The translations under genes were made by a program, and so were the position numbers. Below are positions 63,201 through 64,000 of a stretch of 64,000 nt of DNA, one piece after another. Under the pieces are notes generated by a model. The model made no database searches. It saw only the letters and a program-made list of their open reading frames with translations, and was not told the origin of the DNA. Position 1 is the stretch's first letter; every line of letters begins with the position of its first letter. The DNA is from Ignavibacteriota bacterium (GTDB lineage Bacteria; Bacteroidota; Ignavibacteria; UBA10030; CAVZMI01): positions 64,001 through 128,000 of the forward strand of contig CAVZMI010000015.1 of assembly GCA_963776275.1 (NCBI GenBank). Reading direction: 5' to 3'.

Positions 63201-64000
63201 CGGGTGAGACAGCAAGTATAATAGTAAAATCGCCATATGAGAAGGCAATTGCATTGGTTTCACTCGAGCGGAATGGGATTCTACGTCACTTCGTAACGAC
63301 GCTTGTCGGGAGTGCTCCCCAAATCGATCTGCCGATTTCCCGTGATTGTCTGCCGAATGTTTTTGTTTCTGTAATTTTATTACAGGGACGGGTTGCGCGT
63401 CCTGCAGAATCGCGTGAAGCGGATGTCGGTCGTCCATCGTTCAAGATTGGATACACGACGCTCTTGGTCAGCCCGCTGGAAAAAAAGCTTGCCGTTAATG
63501 TTGTATCGACAAAAACGGAGTATCGGCCCGGTGATAGCGTGGAAGTGCAAATTTCAACAAAAGATTTTTCGGGACGGGGAATGTCTGCGGAAGTGACACT
63601 GAGTGTCGCCGACCTTGGCGTCTTGAACCTGATCAACTATCGGCTGCCGGATATCTTCCAGAGATTCTATCGTACTCAATCCCTTGCAGTTGTCACAACA
63701 GAGACGCGCCTGAATCTTGTCAAACAACGAAACTACGGGGAAAAAGGAGAAGATGAAGGCGGCGGCGGGGGTGATGAGAATGCTCAGGGTTACGACGCCG
63801 AAGGTATCAGAAAACTCTTCAAACCTTCCGCATATTGGAATCCATCCATTCTGACGGACCGGAAAGGAAATGCAATCGTGCGGTTTAAACTCCCGGATAA
63901 CCTGACATCGTTTGAAATCATGGCTGTCGCACATACAAAAGAATCGGATTTCGGTTACGGAGAGAACAGTTTCCGGGTCAGCAAACCACTTCTCATGCAT
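60252..64000 (+). CDS. Bacterial alpha-2-macroglobulin family protein with N-terminal Ig-like domains; frameshift in the G run at ~61305; runs off the window
   Basis: FNQPMV..WQGTRTL, SDRGLYRAGE, FRVEAFRP, VADLGVLNL, LPDNLTSF; second frame open from 61307 to 64000. Confidence 0.88.

Overview
Bacterial chromosome segment, most likely from an Ignavibacteria-like (FCB group) organism. Support for that: a T9SS-type C-terminal-domain remnant, the miaB/sigma54-activator/lptE cluster and TTG-N17-TAnnTT(TG) promoters. It is mostly housekeeping and metabolic genes (pta, miaB, rpsT, rsmA, dinB, copZ-copA, pyrF, glgP, metA, obgE, lemA-htpX, alpha-2-macroglobulin) with accessory singletons. I found no rRNA, tRNA, CRISPR array, integrase or transposase. 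At least 8 genes are split by single-base indels, mostly in homopolymers, which suggests long-read consensus error rather than true pseudogenes. Best leads: (1) an EF-P paralogue whose catalytic loop (HAGSGQMHG) has no Lys/Arg; (2) a self-contained two-gene module of a 77-aa protein translationally coupled to an SDH/ClpP-fold serine protease, with its own promoter and palindromic operator; (3) a plant HPR1-type hydroxypyruvate reductase; (4) a TonB-C/parvulin fusion lipoprotein next to a degenerate GGDEF protein; (5) three identically spaced ECF-sigma promoters, one driving a stand-alone class I isoprenoid-synthase-fold gene; (6) a sigma54-driven exported DUF2059-ankyrin-TPR protein; (7) a nested triplex/REP element. 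Family calls come from motifs read by eye and from memory; no searches were run.
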